Assembly: GCF_009914755.1 (NCBI RefSeq)
Contig: NC_060927.1
DNA length: 64,000 nt
Direction: 5' to 3' (one strand)
From: the human T2T-CHM13v2.0 reference genome, Homo sapiens
This document shows positions 32,746 to 47,674 of the stretch, one piece after another (within the stretch, counting starts at the first letter, position 1; each line of letters opens with the position of its first letter). The position numbers and the translations under genes are program-made. The notes beneath the pieces are model-generated. The model was not told the DNA's origin, did not search any database, and saw nothing but the letters and a program-made list of their open reading frames with translations.

Positions 32746-33654
32746 TCAACTTAAAAAAAGAAAAGAAAAAAGCTAAGTTCTGGTCTTAGAAGGAAAGAGG
32801 TATGAAGGAGAAGGAAGGATTTTGAAAAGAAAATATTATTTACCTTGATGCTGACTCACTAATCTAATCTTGTGGGCAAAGACCAAGAATTCAAAAGATA
32901 CCCACACTTGTGCCACCCTGGGGTGCGTCTCTTGCTGTAACACTGAGGTCATAGGATGGCATAGTAGTATCTTCAACCAGCTCATTGTACATGCAAATAA
33001 CAGATGATTCAAGACAAGAAAAGATCTTTGTACACTTTTATTGCACTGTGATTGTTTCCTGTTACATAAAAATTCTCCTCTAAGCTACTCTGTAGTAGAG
33101 CTTATTGCTAAATGAAGAGGACTACCAGGTGACAGGGTCTTTCCAAAAACAACATACTTTTATTTGCTTTATGTATAATTAAAAATTAGTTGCACCATAA
33201 AATTCTATATTTGGTACCTTCTGATTATGGAATTGCTGTCCTGTAACAATACAGGATATGGCTACTTTTTCTTTCATTAGTCCAGATCTTTTAAGGAACT
33301 AGAAATGTTAAAAAGAGGATTGCCTTTTTATTTTGAGTCCCTTTACCATCTCTCTCCTCACCCTCTGTGAGTCAGGCCACTTTGGGATTTGCTATTCGTT
33401 CATGATCTGTACAATTACAGCTTCATGACTGAAGATGGAAGCAACCACCAGCTGAGGAGGAAAAAGAATACATATGTTCTTTCTCTCAACAGCACCATAC
33501 CATATAATTTCAGCTCAGGGATAGCTCAGGAAATTAGCAGCGGCAGGCAGTAGAGCTTACACTTAACTACCAAGGATAGAAGGATGTGTAGAAGGGGGTG
33601 GTCATTCAGGTATGCTCTGTGGAAGAAGGCAGTGAAAGAATGAGGATGGCAGGG

Positions 33655-33926
33655 AATCACAAGGCCTGTGCCAGACTTCAAGGTTCACATGTTATCTAGA
33701 GGGTACAGCAACCCTGGCTTAGCCCAGTGTTACCATACAGGAATGTGGGTGCAGTATTGCCAGACATTCTGATTTTAAATGAAAAAACAGAAATCTGAAT
33801 TTTATGCTAATCTCCTAATTTTTATATATTTGCTCCAAAATTAAAAAAAGAATCCAACACTCAATGAGCCACAGAGGACATGTGTCCAGGCAGTGTTTGG
33901 CCCATGGGTGCCATTTTGTCCCTTTG
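33655..33926. mobile_element. MER102-like hAT element
   Basis: ttgccaga...ctgatttt...agaaatctgaattttatg..aatctcc...ttggcccatggg resembles MER102. Confidence 0.5.
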
Positions 33927-35090
33927 GCAGCCAGGAGAGGCTCTTAGTTTGGTGAAGGAGGAGTTATAAGAGCCTGTGATGGGTGCTTCAGGAGTATGGC
34001 GGCTATAGAGTGTGAGACCTGGCCTGGGCTCCATCTGCTGCTTTCTTTTTCTGTTTTATGGAGGAGGGTGTGTTTTAATTCTGCTTAAGGAAAATCTTTC
34101 GCTCTCTAGATTTCCTTCCTGGAGAAAGAGGGGCTGGAAGTGTTGAATGCTGTTGGGGACTTCAACAGCTGGGTGGGGCTGGGCAGTGGTGAGGCAAGCC
34201 TGGCTATACTACGGGTCTCAAGGCAGGGTGTCATTTGAAAATTGAGACAGAGAAGCATCCATCTGCAGGATCTGGGTAGGGTGGGCAGAACACGGAACAG
34301 AAACAGAGCTTCCAGACCCAAGGATGGAAAAGGAGGGTAGAGTGGGGGTAGTTAAGAGGTGCCCAAGGCACTGAAGAATAGCCCCAGGTCTTGGCTTAGT
34401 TGTGGGTGGGAAGGAAGCTGTTGAGGCAGCCAACATGGTCTGGACAATTGTTGATGATTGACCCAGAGAAGTGATGTAGGCTGAATTTCTTGAAGACCGT
34501 ATATCTTCTCTCCATTTACATTACTTTGGTGGTAAAAGCATGTTCCACAGGAGCAAGAACATTATTCAGTGTATACAGATGATATCATCTGGCTTCAGCA
34601 TTATGGCTGAGACAAGGCAGGGTGACTGTGCTTCCAGAGTGAGGTCACAGACTTTGGAATTCCTAGTTATATTCCCGATCATTCCACAATCATGATCATG
34701 ATGGATGCTCTTGAGGGGCCTGTTAATTCAGACTCTTCTTCCTTTTATTTTTTGAACCAACTGAGAAATAGATACAGGTCTCTCAAATGGAGTTTGAAAT
34801 GTCAACTTTATTCTTGGTGGAGGTGGACCAGGATTGCAGCCTGGGCCCGTGTCCAAATGGCCTTCCTAATATCCTTCTTCCCAGGAGCTTAATGTCTACT
34901 CACCACATCCCAGGGAAACCTAGTGAACAATTGCCTCTGGGTCTGTTATCATGTGAAGGAAGAGGAGAGCTTGTGTCCTGAGGGCAAGCAGATGTTGAAG
35001 AGGGAAGGGGCAAACCATGTAAGGACAGTGATGTTTAACACTTTACCCCACCCCACTCTGTAAAAACCACTTTAGCTCCATTGAGTATAG

Positions 35091-35280
35091 CAGTGGTTTT
35101 TCAAAAGTGTGGTCCCCAGACAAGCAGCATTAGCATTATGTTGAAGCTTACTAGACATGCAGACTTTTCGTCTCCATTCCAGACAAACTGAATCAAAGAT
35201 TGTGGAGGATGGACCCAGGAGACTATGTTTTAACAAGCCCGTTTGGTGATTCTATTGCATTTAAAGTCTGAGAACTATTG
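35091..35280 (+). mobile_element. MER5A
   Basis: cagtggtttttcaaaagtgtggtccccagac...ttttaacaagccc...aaagtctgagaactattg. Confidence 0.85.
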
Positions 35281-35852
35281 CAGTAGAGGAATGAGGGTCA
35301 GTGGGCCCAAGACACTTACTGTCTCTCCAGTGAGGTAAATCATTTCCCATTTTATGGAGGAGAGTGAGAAAGAAGTGCAAAGAGGCCAAAGCTTCTGCTT
35401 TGACAATAGGTCCTCATGGAAACATAAAGATAAAGGTTTCCCTCAACAGATAATCCTGCCCTGTAGTCTGGAAGATGATAGTTTGAGGAAAAAATGCAAG
35501 AGCAAACATGAAGACTTTCTTCAGATGCTCCTTTTCTCATTTGTTAATGTTTTCTACCTTTTCTATAAAGGATAAGGTAGAGAAAAAAGAATGATGGAGG
35601 AAGGCACACTAGCAGGAAGAGAAAGAACACTAAATGATATAGAAAATAATAGGTATTGTATTTCTTCCTTTACAATTAATCACTTATTTTACTATATTAT
35701 TGATTAGATTTTTAGTCTCTGATTTGTTTTTCTAGTTGTGACCCCAACAACAGGCCATTTGACTGTGATCATGTCAGCATGGACTGCAGTACTATTTGCT
35801 TTTTGTATCTATTCATTTTCATGTTGAATTGTGTGTGTTGTTTAGTGACACA

Positions 35853-36152
<300 letters not shown>

Positions 36153-36946
36153 AGTGACACAATTATTTATGTCCTTCATATTCATCTGGAGTTCAGATTA
36201 TTCAAATTGCTTTGTAACCTTGAGTAGGTCATTTAATTGCAGTTTCAACAGTCTTCAAATCACAATGGACCATTGCCCAGTTAGCCACTAAAATAGCCAG
36301 TGATGGCAGATGCTTGTCACAATAATCCATATAGTTGGCATTTCATATTTTAAGGTTAAAAAAGGGATACATTTCTAAAATGTTGTGATTAGGAAGATTT
36401 TTTTTTTTTTTTGCTTTAGCCAACCTTTTTAGAGGTTTGGAATAAAATTATGCCCCCTTGGGTACATACAGCCTTAACTAGACATGGATGCCAGCCTCTT
36501 GTAAACACGCTCAAGTCCTTGCAGTCCAGAATGGAAGCTTGTTTCCATTAAATGTTTAGTCTTTCCAGATACTGTTACAGGAATAAAAAATGCTAAAGAA
36601 TTCAAGCTGCCTCTGATTTCATCTGAAAATGGAATTATGGTGATAGTGATCATCATAGTAACTGAATAGTTACTGTGTTGCAAGAACTGTGCTTAATCTG
36701 CACTTGGGGCCTTGATCAGCATAGCAGAGGTCTCAGGTAGTTGGTGGGAGAAATGGGGAGTGCTTCAGCTGTATTAATCGTTTGTTCAAGGAAAAAATTC
36801 AGAAATCCTTATTTTAGATCTCATTCAGATTCCTAGGCCCCATCCTAAAACTTCTGAATGAGACTCTTTGGGTTGAGACCCAGGAATCTGCATTCAAAAT
36901 AAGATCCACATGTTGATTTTATGATTAATGAAAAACTACTACACCT

Positions 36947-37267
<321 letters not shown>

Positions 37268-37615
37268 TCATTTCATGTCTATTTCAGTAATCTCTGGGGC
37301 CCAGTCTCTCAGGAAGGGTTAAGACAAAGGTATCCCTGCTCATCATTATTGGCAGAATCTTCAGTATTTTTATTTTTGTAGTGTTTTTCTTTTTAAGCTC
37401 CTACACTAAATATTTGACTAACATCTAATATGTATATGTTATTGGAGGGAAAATTTATTTAAGGAGAACTGTAAAATCAACATTGATCTCTCCCCTCAAA
37501 CAAACTCTGCCTACCCCCCACCCTGCTGCATCTCCCAAGTGATAGCTGTTCTCTCGTGGACAATCCAAGGCCAAGGTGATAAGAACATCCCATTCTGAAT
37601 AAAACTATCTGAGCC

Positions 37616-38233
37616 TGTATTAGCTTTCTGTTGCTCCCATAACAAACCACCACAAGTTTAGCAACTTAAACAATACAAATTTATTATCTTACAGTTCTGT
37701 AGGTCAGAAGTTTGATACAGGTCTTGCCAGGCTAAAGTCAACACAGCAGGACTGCGTTCCTTTCTGGAGGCTCTAGGGGAGAATCGTTTTCATGGCTCAT
37801 TTGGGTTGCTGGCAGAATTCGGTTTCTTTTGATGGTAGACCTGAGATCTCTGTTTTCTTCTTGGATGTAAATGGAAGGCCATCCCCAGCTTCTAGAGGCC
37901 ACCTGCATTCCTTGGCTCATGGTTCCTTTCCTTCATCTTCATAGCCAGCGACAGTCGGTAAAGCCCCTCTCATACTTTGAATCTTTCCTCCTCCTCCTTC
38001 TGTTTCATCTCTCTGAGCCAGCAGAGAAAGGTTCTCTGCTTTTAAAGACTCATGTGATTAGATTGGTCCTGCCCAAATAACCTAAGACAATCTGCCTCAT
38101 CTCAAGGCCCATACCCTTAATGAACATCTGCAAAAATCCGTTTTGCCATGTAAGGTACCATACCATATTCACAGGTTCTGGGGATTAGGATGCAGACATC
38201 TTTGGGGGACAGGGTATTATCCTGCCTGCCACA
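37616..38233 (-). mobile_element. MaLR solo LTR (MLT1E/D-like)
   Basis: TG...CA ends; ttctggaggctctaggggagaatc, catgtgattagattgg and cacaggttctgggattagga motifs. Confidence 0.85.
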
Positions 38234-39364
38234 GATGTGTTGTCTGCCTCTGTTGACAAATAAGATAGCGGTGGTTATCGCTACCAGCAGGGCTCCAAGC
38301 ATTCATGTTGATGTACATGAGAAAATGTGACTTAACTGGATATCTTTCTAAATAGAAAACATTTCAGGGCCAGATTACAAAACAAATAGTTTTGAAAAGG
38401 ATGTTTCAGGGCTTTTGTGTAGTCAAGCAGAGCTGCCACAACATTTATCTCTGTGAGTAGGAAAGGAAGGCAATTCACATTAAGCCTGCTTCTCTGGTAG
38501 CTTGGATTCAGAAAAAAATTCTGATATGAGAGAGGCACACCCATTCAGCCAGAATATTTGCTTTTTGTGACTCATTGCCTGCCATATGCTCCCCTGCTTC
38601 CGCACCTTTGTTCATGCACTTCCAGCTGCTTGGTGTGCCCTTATGTCTACCAATTTATCTATGATACATATTTATGACAAGTTTTGACACCTACTTATTC
38701 TAGGAAACATTTTCCAAGATGCTAAAAGTATGGCTTCTACTCATTTTTCCCAAAAACTGAAGTAAAATGCTAAAAAGAATCCATGTCATCTGCCAGATTT
38801 CCAAAGGCTGTTTTTGAGTTCTTCTCTAAGATGTTTTCCTCCATAAATGTGTACAGCATTAAAGAAGCCCCTGCAGCATCTTGGAGATAGTAAGTACTTT
38901 GTAACTACTTAGTGATTTGAAGTACTAAATCTAAGTAATTGATTGTATTATCTTTATACCAAAAGTCTGCAAGATGTGTGTATGTATTGTGTCCTTAGAA
39001 TATTCTAAACAAAAGAACATTGCTAATAATGTCTCATATAAGCAAGTAAAACTGGGATTTTTAGAGGTGAGGTTTCCAATTCATCTTTTTCTAAATATGT
39101 TAATTCATATTCTGTCAGATTACTCAGAGGTATAATGGGCAAGGGAGTGGACTTTTTTCTTCTATTTTTTAATGTGATGTATATATGCAGAAAAACATAA
39201 AAATTATGTATATAGCTTGATGAATTTTCACAAATGGCTACTCCCACAATCAGCACCCTATCGAGAAACCAGAATTACTCCTGGCTGCCCAGAAACTCTC
39301 TGGTTGCTTTCCAGTTGCTGTCATTCTCAGGGGTCATCACTACCCTGATGCTTCAGAAGTTTGA

Positions 39365-39677
<313 letters not shown>

Positions 39678-39987
39678 TGAGAAGTAGACTGTTTTTAAGA
39701 TGCAGAAAGATATTCTCACAGATGATATGACAATCTTAGAAACAAATCTCTAAGCAAATGTTTATGGGTTTATAGAGATTTTTTTAAAAACGTGACTCTT
39801 GCCCCGAAGGTGCATTTAAACATGGAATAGTAAATTCTTTTCTAAATGTTCTTGCTTTATCAAATAGTTTGAGTTACAGATACAACTTTGATTCAGTTTA
39901 TTATTTTCTAGTATTTATTGAGTACTTGTGATGGTTCAAAATACTTACGCCTCAAATATTCATAGGCTGTTAAAACTGCACCATACA

Positions 39988-40290
39988 GGCCATGTGCAGT
40001 GGCTCATGCCTGTAATCACAGCACTTTGGGAGGCCAAGGCGGGCAGATCACTTGAGGTCAGGAGTTCAAGACCAGCTGGCCAACATAGTGAAAATCTGTC
40101 TCTTCTAAAAATACAAAAATTAGCTGGGCGCGGTGGCAGGTGCCTGTAATCACAGCTACTAGAGAGGCTGAGGCAGAAGAATGCTTGTACTTGGGAGGGG
40201 CAGATGTTGCAGTGAGCTGAGATTGCACCCCTGCACTCCAGCCTGGGTGACAGAGTGAGACTCTGTCTCAAAAAAATAAAATAAAATAAA
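39988..40290 (+). mobile_element. AluS
   Basis: TSD aactgcaccataca. Confidence 0.88.
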
Positions 40291-41494
40291 AGAGCAAACA
40301 AGAACTGCACCATACACTTGGCCCTGATCAGTGGCTTGGCACCATATCTTTTTCTACATAGTTGTTACTGAGATCAAATTAAAAATTTTTTCAGTATTTT
40401 TTTCCTGGAATTTTGGTTTAGGCTCATAGTAGATACTAAAGAAGAATATATTGTCAGCAAAAGTGACAGTCTCCATACTGTACATTTTAACTGTCTACTG
40501 TGACATTTCCCAACAAAGTGGAAATTGAAATTACTTGTAACAGAATGGAATGGGTAAACTCTTAGAGCAATTGGATTCACGGCTATAATGTCCCTCATAA
40601 TACCACAGAGGGTAATGTCCCCATCTACCCTCTGTGTTCAAGGATGTTTGCTGAAGCATTATTTCTAAAAGTAAAACATAGGAAACCACCTTAGTTAGCA
40701 ATATGAATGCTTAAATAAATCATGGTATAGTCATACATGGACTATTATGAAGCATGAAAGGCATACTTTCAAAAACTGAAAACTTTAAATAATATTAAGT
40801 AAAACTATATATAGCAAATATCAATTTTGTTTGGAAAATTGTATATTCATACACATGTGCATAGAAGAAAGATTGAAAATTTATAACATTTTGGCCTTGG
40901 TTATTTCTGAATGGTGTGCTTGAGAGCAATTTAGATTTTATTATTTTCCAAATACTTTTAATGCTGCATATTGCTTTTCAACAATCAGAAAATAACCACA
41001 CAGGATCCATTTTTTAAAAGGACACATAGGGCAGATAATTGGTTTTTCCTGTGAAGTGAAGTCCTGGGGGAAATCAGAGCAAATATATGTTTTAGTCAAG
41101 AGGTTAGCAGAACTCCATGCAACAGCAGCAGGACTACAGCCATCCGTAAGTGGTCTCCTTGAAATAATGGAATTTTCAATGCAAAAAACATTAATGCCAC
41201 CGCATCCAACTTTCTATGTAGGAATTCCCAAAGACAACAGCCTGTGTGCCTCCAAAATTGACTCTGAGCTTTTGGACACACAGGTCCAGTGTTCCAGGTG
41301 TAGAACCTCACTGTTGCAGTCCGGGTTGTCTCTGGACCACGTGGACAGAATATTTCCTTACATTCGTGCAGAATTTGTCTCCTGGTATTTCTTCTGCCAG
41401 TGGTCCTAATTCTACCAGCTTGTGGCCATAAAGAGCAAGAATAAGCCTTCTTCAATACAGATGTCCTTTAAAATATTTAAATGTGAGTGTGTAT

Positions 41495-41785
41495 TTTTAA
41501 CATTCATTGAGGTATAATTTAGATATGCTAGACTGTACCCATTTAAAGTGGACAGCCGGCAGTGTTTTGACAGGTATATACATCCACAAAATCACCACCA
41601 CAATCAAGACGTAGAACACTTTTTTCCTCCAAAGCCTCCTCATGTATTTTGCTTTCCATCCCTCCTTTCACCCTGTTCCAAGCAACCTTTGTTCTGCTGT
41701 CACTATAGGTTAGTTTTTATTTTCTAGAATTTCCATAAATGGGATCATACAGTACTGTATGTACTTAAAAAAAAAACTGGCTTAT
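41495..41785 (-). mobile_element. Old LINE-1 (L1MB/ME) 3' fragment
   Basis: ttgaggtataattt...cccatttaaagtg...caccaccacaatcaaga...ttctagaatttc. Confidence 0.7.
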
Positions 41786-42202
41786 AAAAGTCCTTAACTT
41801 TTTCTTTCACTTTATGAAGCAGTTTTATAACATCTATTCTTTACCTTTATGGAGCCATCATAAAAGATGTTTTAGACTTTCCCTTCAGATAATTAACCAG
41901 ACAGTGAAAATGCATTATACATTTTATAAGTGAAACTGTTCTTGCCTCACTTAAATGGTAGTATTGGACTATAACCCGTGGGGCATCTTCTGGTTTTAAC
42001 GCTGTATAATACTATAACATGTTTTCAGTTACTATTCAAAGATAATTTTGGATATTTGCTTGAAATTAGTCCAGTGACTCTAATTGAAATTCAGTAAGAT
42101 GTTAGGGTTTGTTTGTTTGTTTTTGGTTTTACAATTTCCTAATTATTTCTGGGAATTAATTCTTCATGATTTTTTACATGATGAAAACAATATTGCCGTT
42201 TT

Positions 42203-42374
42203 CTTTTCTTTTTTAAGAGATAGGGTCTTGCTGTATTGCCCAGACTGGAGTGCAGTGGCTATTCACAGGAGTTATCATAGCACGCTACAGCCTTGTACTC
42301 CTGGGCTCAGGTGGTCCTCCTGCCTCAGCCTTCCAAGTAGCTGAGATTATAAGCACATACCACTGTGCCCAGCT
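42203..42374 (-). mobile_element. FAM (fossil Alu monomer, 7SL-derived)
   Basis: Contains the 7SL/FAM-specific gtggctattcacagg segment; TSD caa(t/c)attgcc(g/a)tttt. Confidence 0.8.
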
Positions 42375-42659
42375 CAACATTGCCATTTTAAAATTAAAGT
42401 GGCAAAGGAACATTTATGAAAAGAATATGGAAGCTCATAGGGTAGTCCCATTCCATAGGAAGAAAACCTGCTTGGGTAAAATCTAAGGGGTAAGGTGAAT
42501 ACCACAATGTATTTTAAGCTCCCCAGCTATAATCAAATAGAATGATGATGACATCCACATTTTTGCCTCTTGATTTTTTTATGGTTCTGAACCACACCCA
42601 TGTTGCAGATTGGCCTTTCTACTGAGAGTAAGTTCCATCAAGATTAATATCTGTAGTAA

Positions 42660-42813
42660 TAGGCAGAACACTTCAGTGTGGAATTGCTTCTTTTCTTTGG
42701 TCAAACACTAACTTTGGCAGAGGATAGACACAGCTTAGGAAGACTGAATTTTAAGTCTTCTGAATTGTTTTTCTGGACTTCCAAATCTCAAGTGATAAGA
42801 CCAGCAGAAGCAG
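42660..42813 (+). other. PLS1: Alternative non-coding first exon (5' UTR), CpG-poor promoter
   Basis: Unique ATG-free sequence ending in donor CAG|GTATAC at 42813/42814. I recall this text from a PLS1 mRNA 5' UTR. The 5' boundary is uncertain. Confidence 0.55.
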
Positions 42814-44944
42814 GTATACAAAAATTTATCTCTGTCAATAGCAGTAAGACAGCCTCGGATTCCAGGCTGCTTTTTCATATAATTGTTAAATTGAGATAAA
42901 CACCCTCATAGTATTTCTTTTTTAAATGCATTCTTGCTTTGGGACTCTAGATGGCTTTGCATAATCAATGTAAATAGGAACCTTGGTGTGAAGATAATAT
43001 AATTCTTAATTATCTCTTCATTTTTCTGTTTGAAAACTTTCTTCTGTAAGCACCACTGGTTAGAGAAGAAAGGACTGTTTTGGTTTATTCAGGGTTGGAT
43101 AAAAATATTAGACTCATAATTCTTGATTGGGCTTTGATTTTCCTTTCAGAAATGGATATAAATTATTAGGAAAATGCTGAAGTGACTGAATGCACTCTTT
43201 CTGTGCCATCTAGAATGTGTGTGTATTATTGCTTGGAAACTTGATGCTTTCAGTCTGATGGAAACAGCTCTTCCAGTCTATAGTTTAATTGTGGATAAGC
43301 AAAACTCTGCTTTTTTTCTAGAGAAATTTCACAGATAAGACATAGTAATACAGAATATCTCCAGTACTAGGAATGTGTAAGATTCTGTTTAAGCATCTGG
43401 AGTCTGAAGAAAATATCTAAATGGAAATAAATTCTTTATCATTATATTTGTTCTTCAGCATTTCCAAGTACCAAAATGTACTTGGGGATAGCAGCTTTGC
43501 TTAAAAGCTTTTCACTGTTTCATTGAATTTGGGAAGGGCCTGAAAGCTTTCAGAAAGATAATTTTCTTATAAATAGTGTACAAGTGAGCAAGTTGCTCTT
43601 TAGTGAGCATTTTTAATGGTTTCTGAGGCTGGCCAAAAAACTCTATATCTTTACCCTATGCAGCCCTAGAAGCTGTAGCAGCCTTACCTTAAGTTCTTTT
43701 CTTAGTAAAGCAGAAAATGAGCAGTTCCCACCCTGTGTAAAGCTGAGAAGATCTTGAATGATGCATGTTGAGGAAACTTGGATACTGATACTGCTGGCAG
43801 TTTACATAGACCCCAGTGCCAAAGAATTAAAGAGTCTTGAGTTTTCTTAAAAGAGGCCAGCTTTTAAAAAGTTAAGTATGTTTTCTTTTTGCAGTGACCT
43901 GAGCTCTTAAACCTAAGTAGAGAATTAAGACTTGCTCAGCTTTGTGAAGCAGTCAACTTACTTGTACGCACCATAGAATACTCTTGTTAGAGAAGTGAAC
44001 ACATTATGACCAATTAACCATGGAAAGTGAGTGCCCTGGGAAAATTTTACATAGTTAAAACAAAACACATAGCTTTCTTAGGAACTGGAATTGCCTTTCC
44101 TCTATTATACCTGGAGTCCAACAAAGGCTATGCCTTTGTGCCAGTCCTTTTACAATGAATCAACCAATTGCTCAATTGTATTCTTGTGGAGGAGGAGGAT
44201 AACATTCTTTTATGATCCCAGTTTAGATCAGTTTACCACCCAAAGCATGATATTTGATTACCCTTATTAGGTTTCTTTGCATAGCTACAAATGTTACTAA
44301 TGGTTTGGCCTTGTCTAGCCATTAAAAAAAAGTCTGCCTCTGTGATGACTTAACAGTCAGTGCTGTAAAAGGCACTATTGCTTGGAACTCTGGAAATACG
44401 AGCTCAAAGAGAATAGAGCAGTACTTTGGGGTTAGGGATAAACTGCAGAAACAAACCTCTTAAACTCCCGAATATGTCACTGAGTGCCTGACTGCCTATT
44501 TTTTCTTCTAAGTGCTGATTTTAAGGCACTCCCTGGGTCTGGGCCTCAATTGCTTTAAGAATTATAAAAGTTTAGCTACCATTTCTGACTATGTTCTTCT
44601 ATTAGAATTGAGGTTTCTAGGGTTCCCTCTTTCTCTTTCCTTCCAAATGTTTCCAACTCAGTTCTCGGTATTACAGGAAAAACAAGGTGCTGTCAGAAGC
44701 CGCTAAATTCTTATCCCTATACCTGCTCCAGCTGAGGTGGGAGGTCGAGATGCTTCTCCTTTTCAAATGTTGGAGCGGTGGTCCCCAGGCTCCTGAAATT
44801 TTTAGCTCATCAGTAACAACATGTTGTGCACATACTACTTGCAAGGTCTATATTTTTAATTTTTATATACTAAATGTATATGTTATACATGTTCTACTTA
44901 ATGTGTAGGTTATATATACTAGGGTATATATGAAAATAAATGCT

Positions 44945-45272
<328 letters not shown>

Positions 45273-46879
45273 TCAGGAGGCTGTGTCTTGCTATGTTGCC
45301 CAGGCTGGGATTACAGGCATGAGCCACTAAAACTAAACTTAAGAGGATAAGAAGGGGAGCTCATAGAGATTGTGGTGGACCCCTTTTGCTAGGAACTGCT
45401 ACTTCCTCCCAAGTAGAGCACAGACAGATCAGGAGTAAATAAGGCATGGGACATAGTTTTAGCAACAAGAAGAGTGAGGACGATGGAAAATCAGGAAGCG
45501 AGCATCTTAGCAAACACAATATGTTAATAAGCAATGAGACATGGATTTGTTAGGGAGGATGGAGGGGCAGGAGTCTAGAGCAAACTCCCTCGCTGCTGCT
45601 GTTTGAGTGCTGTCTACATCACTAACATTGTGCTGGGTGCTTTTTGTACATTATCATTTCATCCTGGCAGCCAAACATAAAGTGGGGTTTAAGATGAGAA
45701 GACTAAGGCAGACAGGAGTTAAATGAAAAAAAGATAAAATAAGACGATTTTTTAAATCTATTGTTAACTGGAAAGACTTTATCATATCATTAACTAATAT
45801 CTCATAGTACAATATGTATGCAAGATACTGTTTATTATTAATGAGTGAGTATAAAGTTGTATTTTATATAATCTCGATAATTGTGACTTTTTTGCCCAAC
45901 ATGTGATCACACTGCTCCTCTTTTGTTTTCTGATGTAGCTGGTAAAGACTCCTACTAAGATTAGAGGTGTGTGTTCTACTGTTTTCTTATGCTTATATGA
46001 TTTGTATTTTTTACAGTCTCCAATTGCTTTGAAGACATATTTTTAAAGCTACTTGCTTATTTAGTGAGTGTAGCTTTGGTATCAACTGGGTTATATAATC
46101 TGTTAATCCACTCAACCAGGCATGTACAAACTGTAGAACATCACAAATGCTGGAAGTGAAAAAAGGAATGACAGTCACTGTCCAGGCTCTTCTTTGTAGA
46201 ACGTCTACTCCTCTCTTGTGATATCCCTTGAACTGTTTGTGTCATGGGATCTTGTCATAAGGACCAAGTTAGGATTCTACTGAAAATATACACATTAAAT
46301 ATTTGTAAAGCTAATTTTGTTTCCTTTTAGTTTTAAAAATAAACATAGTTCTAATATTTACTTCCTACACTCTGGTAGAGATCATTGTTTTTGGTGACTC
46401 TTGTCTTCTGAGTAGACAAGGGTGTGACCTCAGTTTTCTTATCTGTTAAACAGGGAGTTGGACTAGATGACTTTTTAGGTGTTTGGGAAGGGGATTTTTT
46501 TTTTAACCACATTTAGTTTTGTACCTACTTTTTTGTACTGACATATGCCTGTTAACTCATCCTTCTAAGTAATACTCACTGGTTGGAAGTTTCTGTAAGG
46601 AATAATGTTCAGAAATAGGAGTGACATATTAAGGTTTGCTTTTTAAGTCAAGATTTTGGAAATATCTGTTACATCCAAAATGGAACTTGAAAAGCTTTCT
46701 TACTCTTCAAGGCCCATCCAGTTTAAACTCTACCCTCTCAGGAAAATTTTTGTCAGACCCATGTTTGAAGTATCTGCTATCTGTTTTTTTTCTTCTATAG
46801 AATTCTACTTCTACATTAATCAGTAGACTTGAATTATGGTTATATGTGTACATGTTTGCTTTTTATGAGGCACAGCTGT

Positions 46880-47190
<311 letters not shown>

Positions 47191-47578
47191 TAATTTTTAG
47201 AAAAAAATGAGGATTTGGAGTTGTTAGAATTGAGAAACTAAAAAGAACCATGTACAGAAAGAATTGTTTTGTAAACCTCTATACTGAGTCATCTAATTTC
47301 AATGTCTACATAAAAGAAGCTCAGAGCTCTTTCTTGAATATCATGTAGAAAGATGATACCTTGGTTCCCTTGAGAACCTGATTCATGACATCATTGCTTT
47401 TGGCCATTCAGGAGTCAGTTCGGTTTTTTGAAAGGAACATGGAACTGGGACTCGGGCACACTGAAAATACTACCAGCTTTGACACTTACTAGTGGATGAT
47501 CTAGGCTGTTTAGCTTGATCTCTCTGAATCTGTTTCCTTATATGTGGAAATGGGAATAAAGATGGGTCCCAGAATATA

Positions 47579-47674
47579 GTGTGTGTGTGTGCGCGCACAT
47601 GTGCATGCAGTGTGCATGTGTGCGCGCACATGTGCATGCAGTGTGCATGTGTGCATGCATATGTGTATGTGTAT
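47579..47674. repeat. Alternating purine-pyrimidine tract with a 31-bp tandem duplication
   Basis: gcgcgcacatgtgcatgcagtgtgcatgtgt occurs at 47591 and 47622. Confidence 0.9.

Noticed and set aside
42706-42720. Branch point CTAAC plus CAG as a 3' splice site for the 42.7-kb exon
   Set aside because: The branch A would be only ~9 nt from the AG with almost no polypyrimidine tract; a first-exon interpretation fits better.
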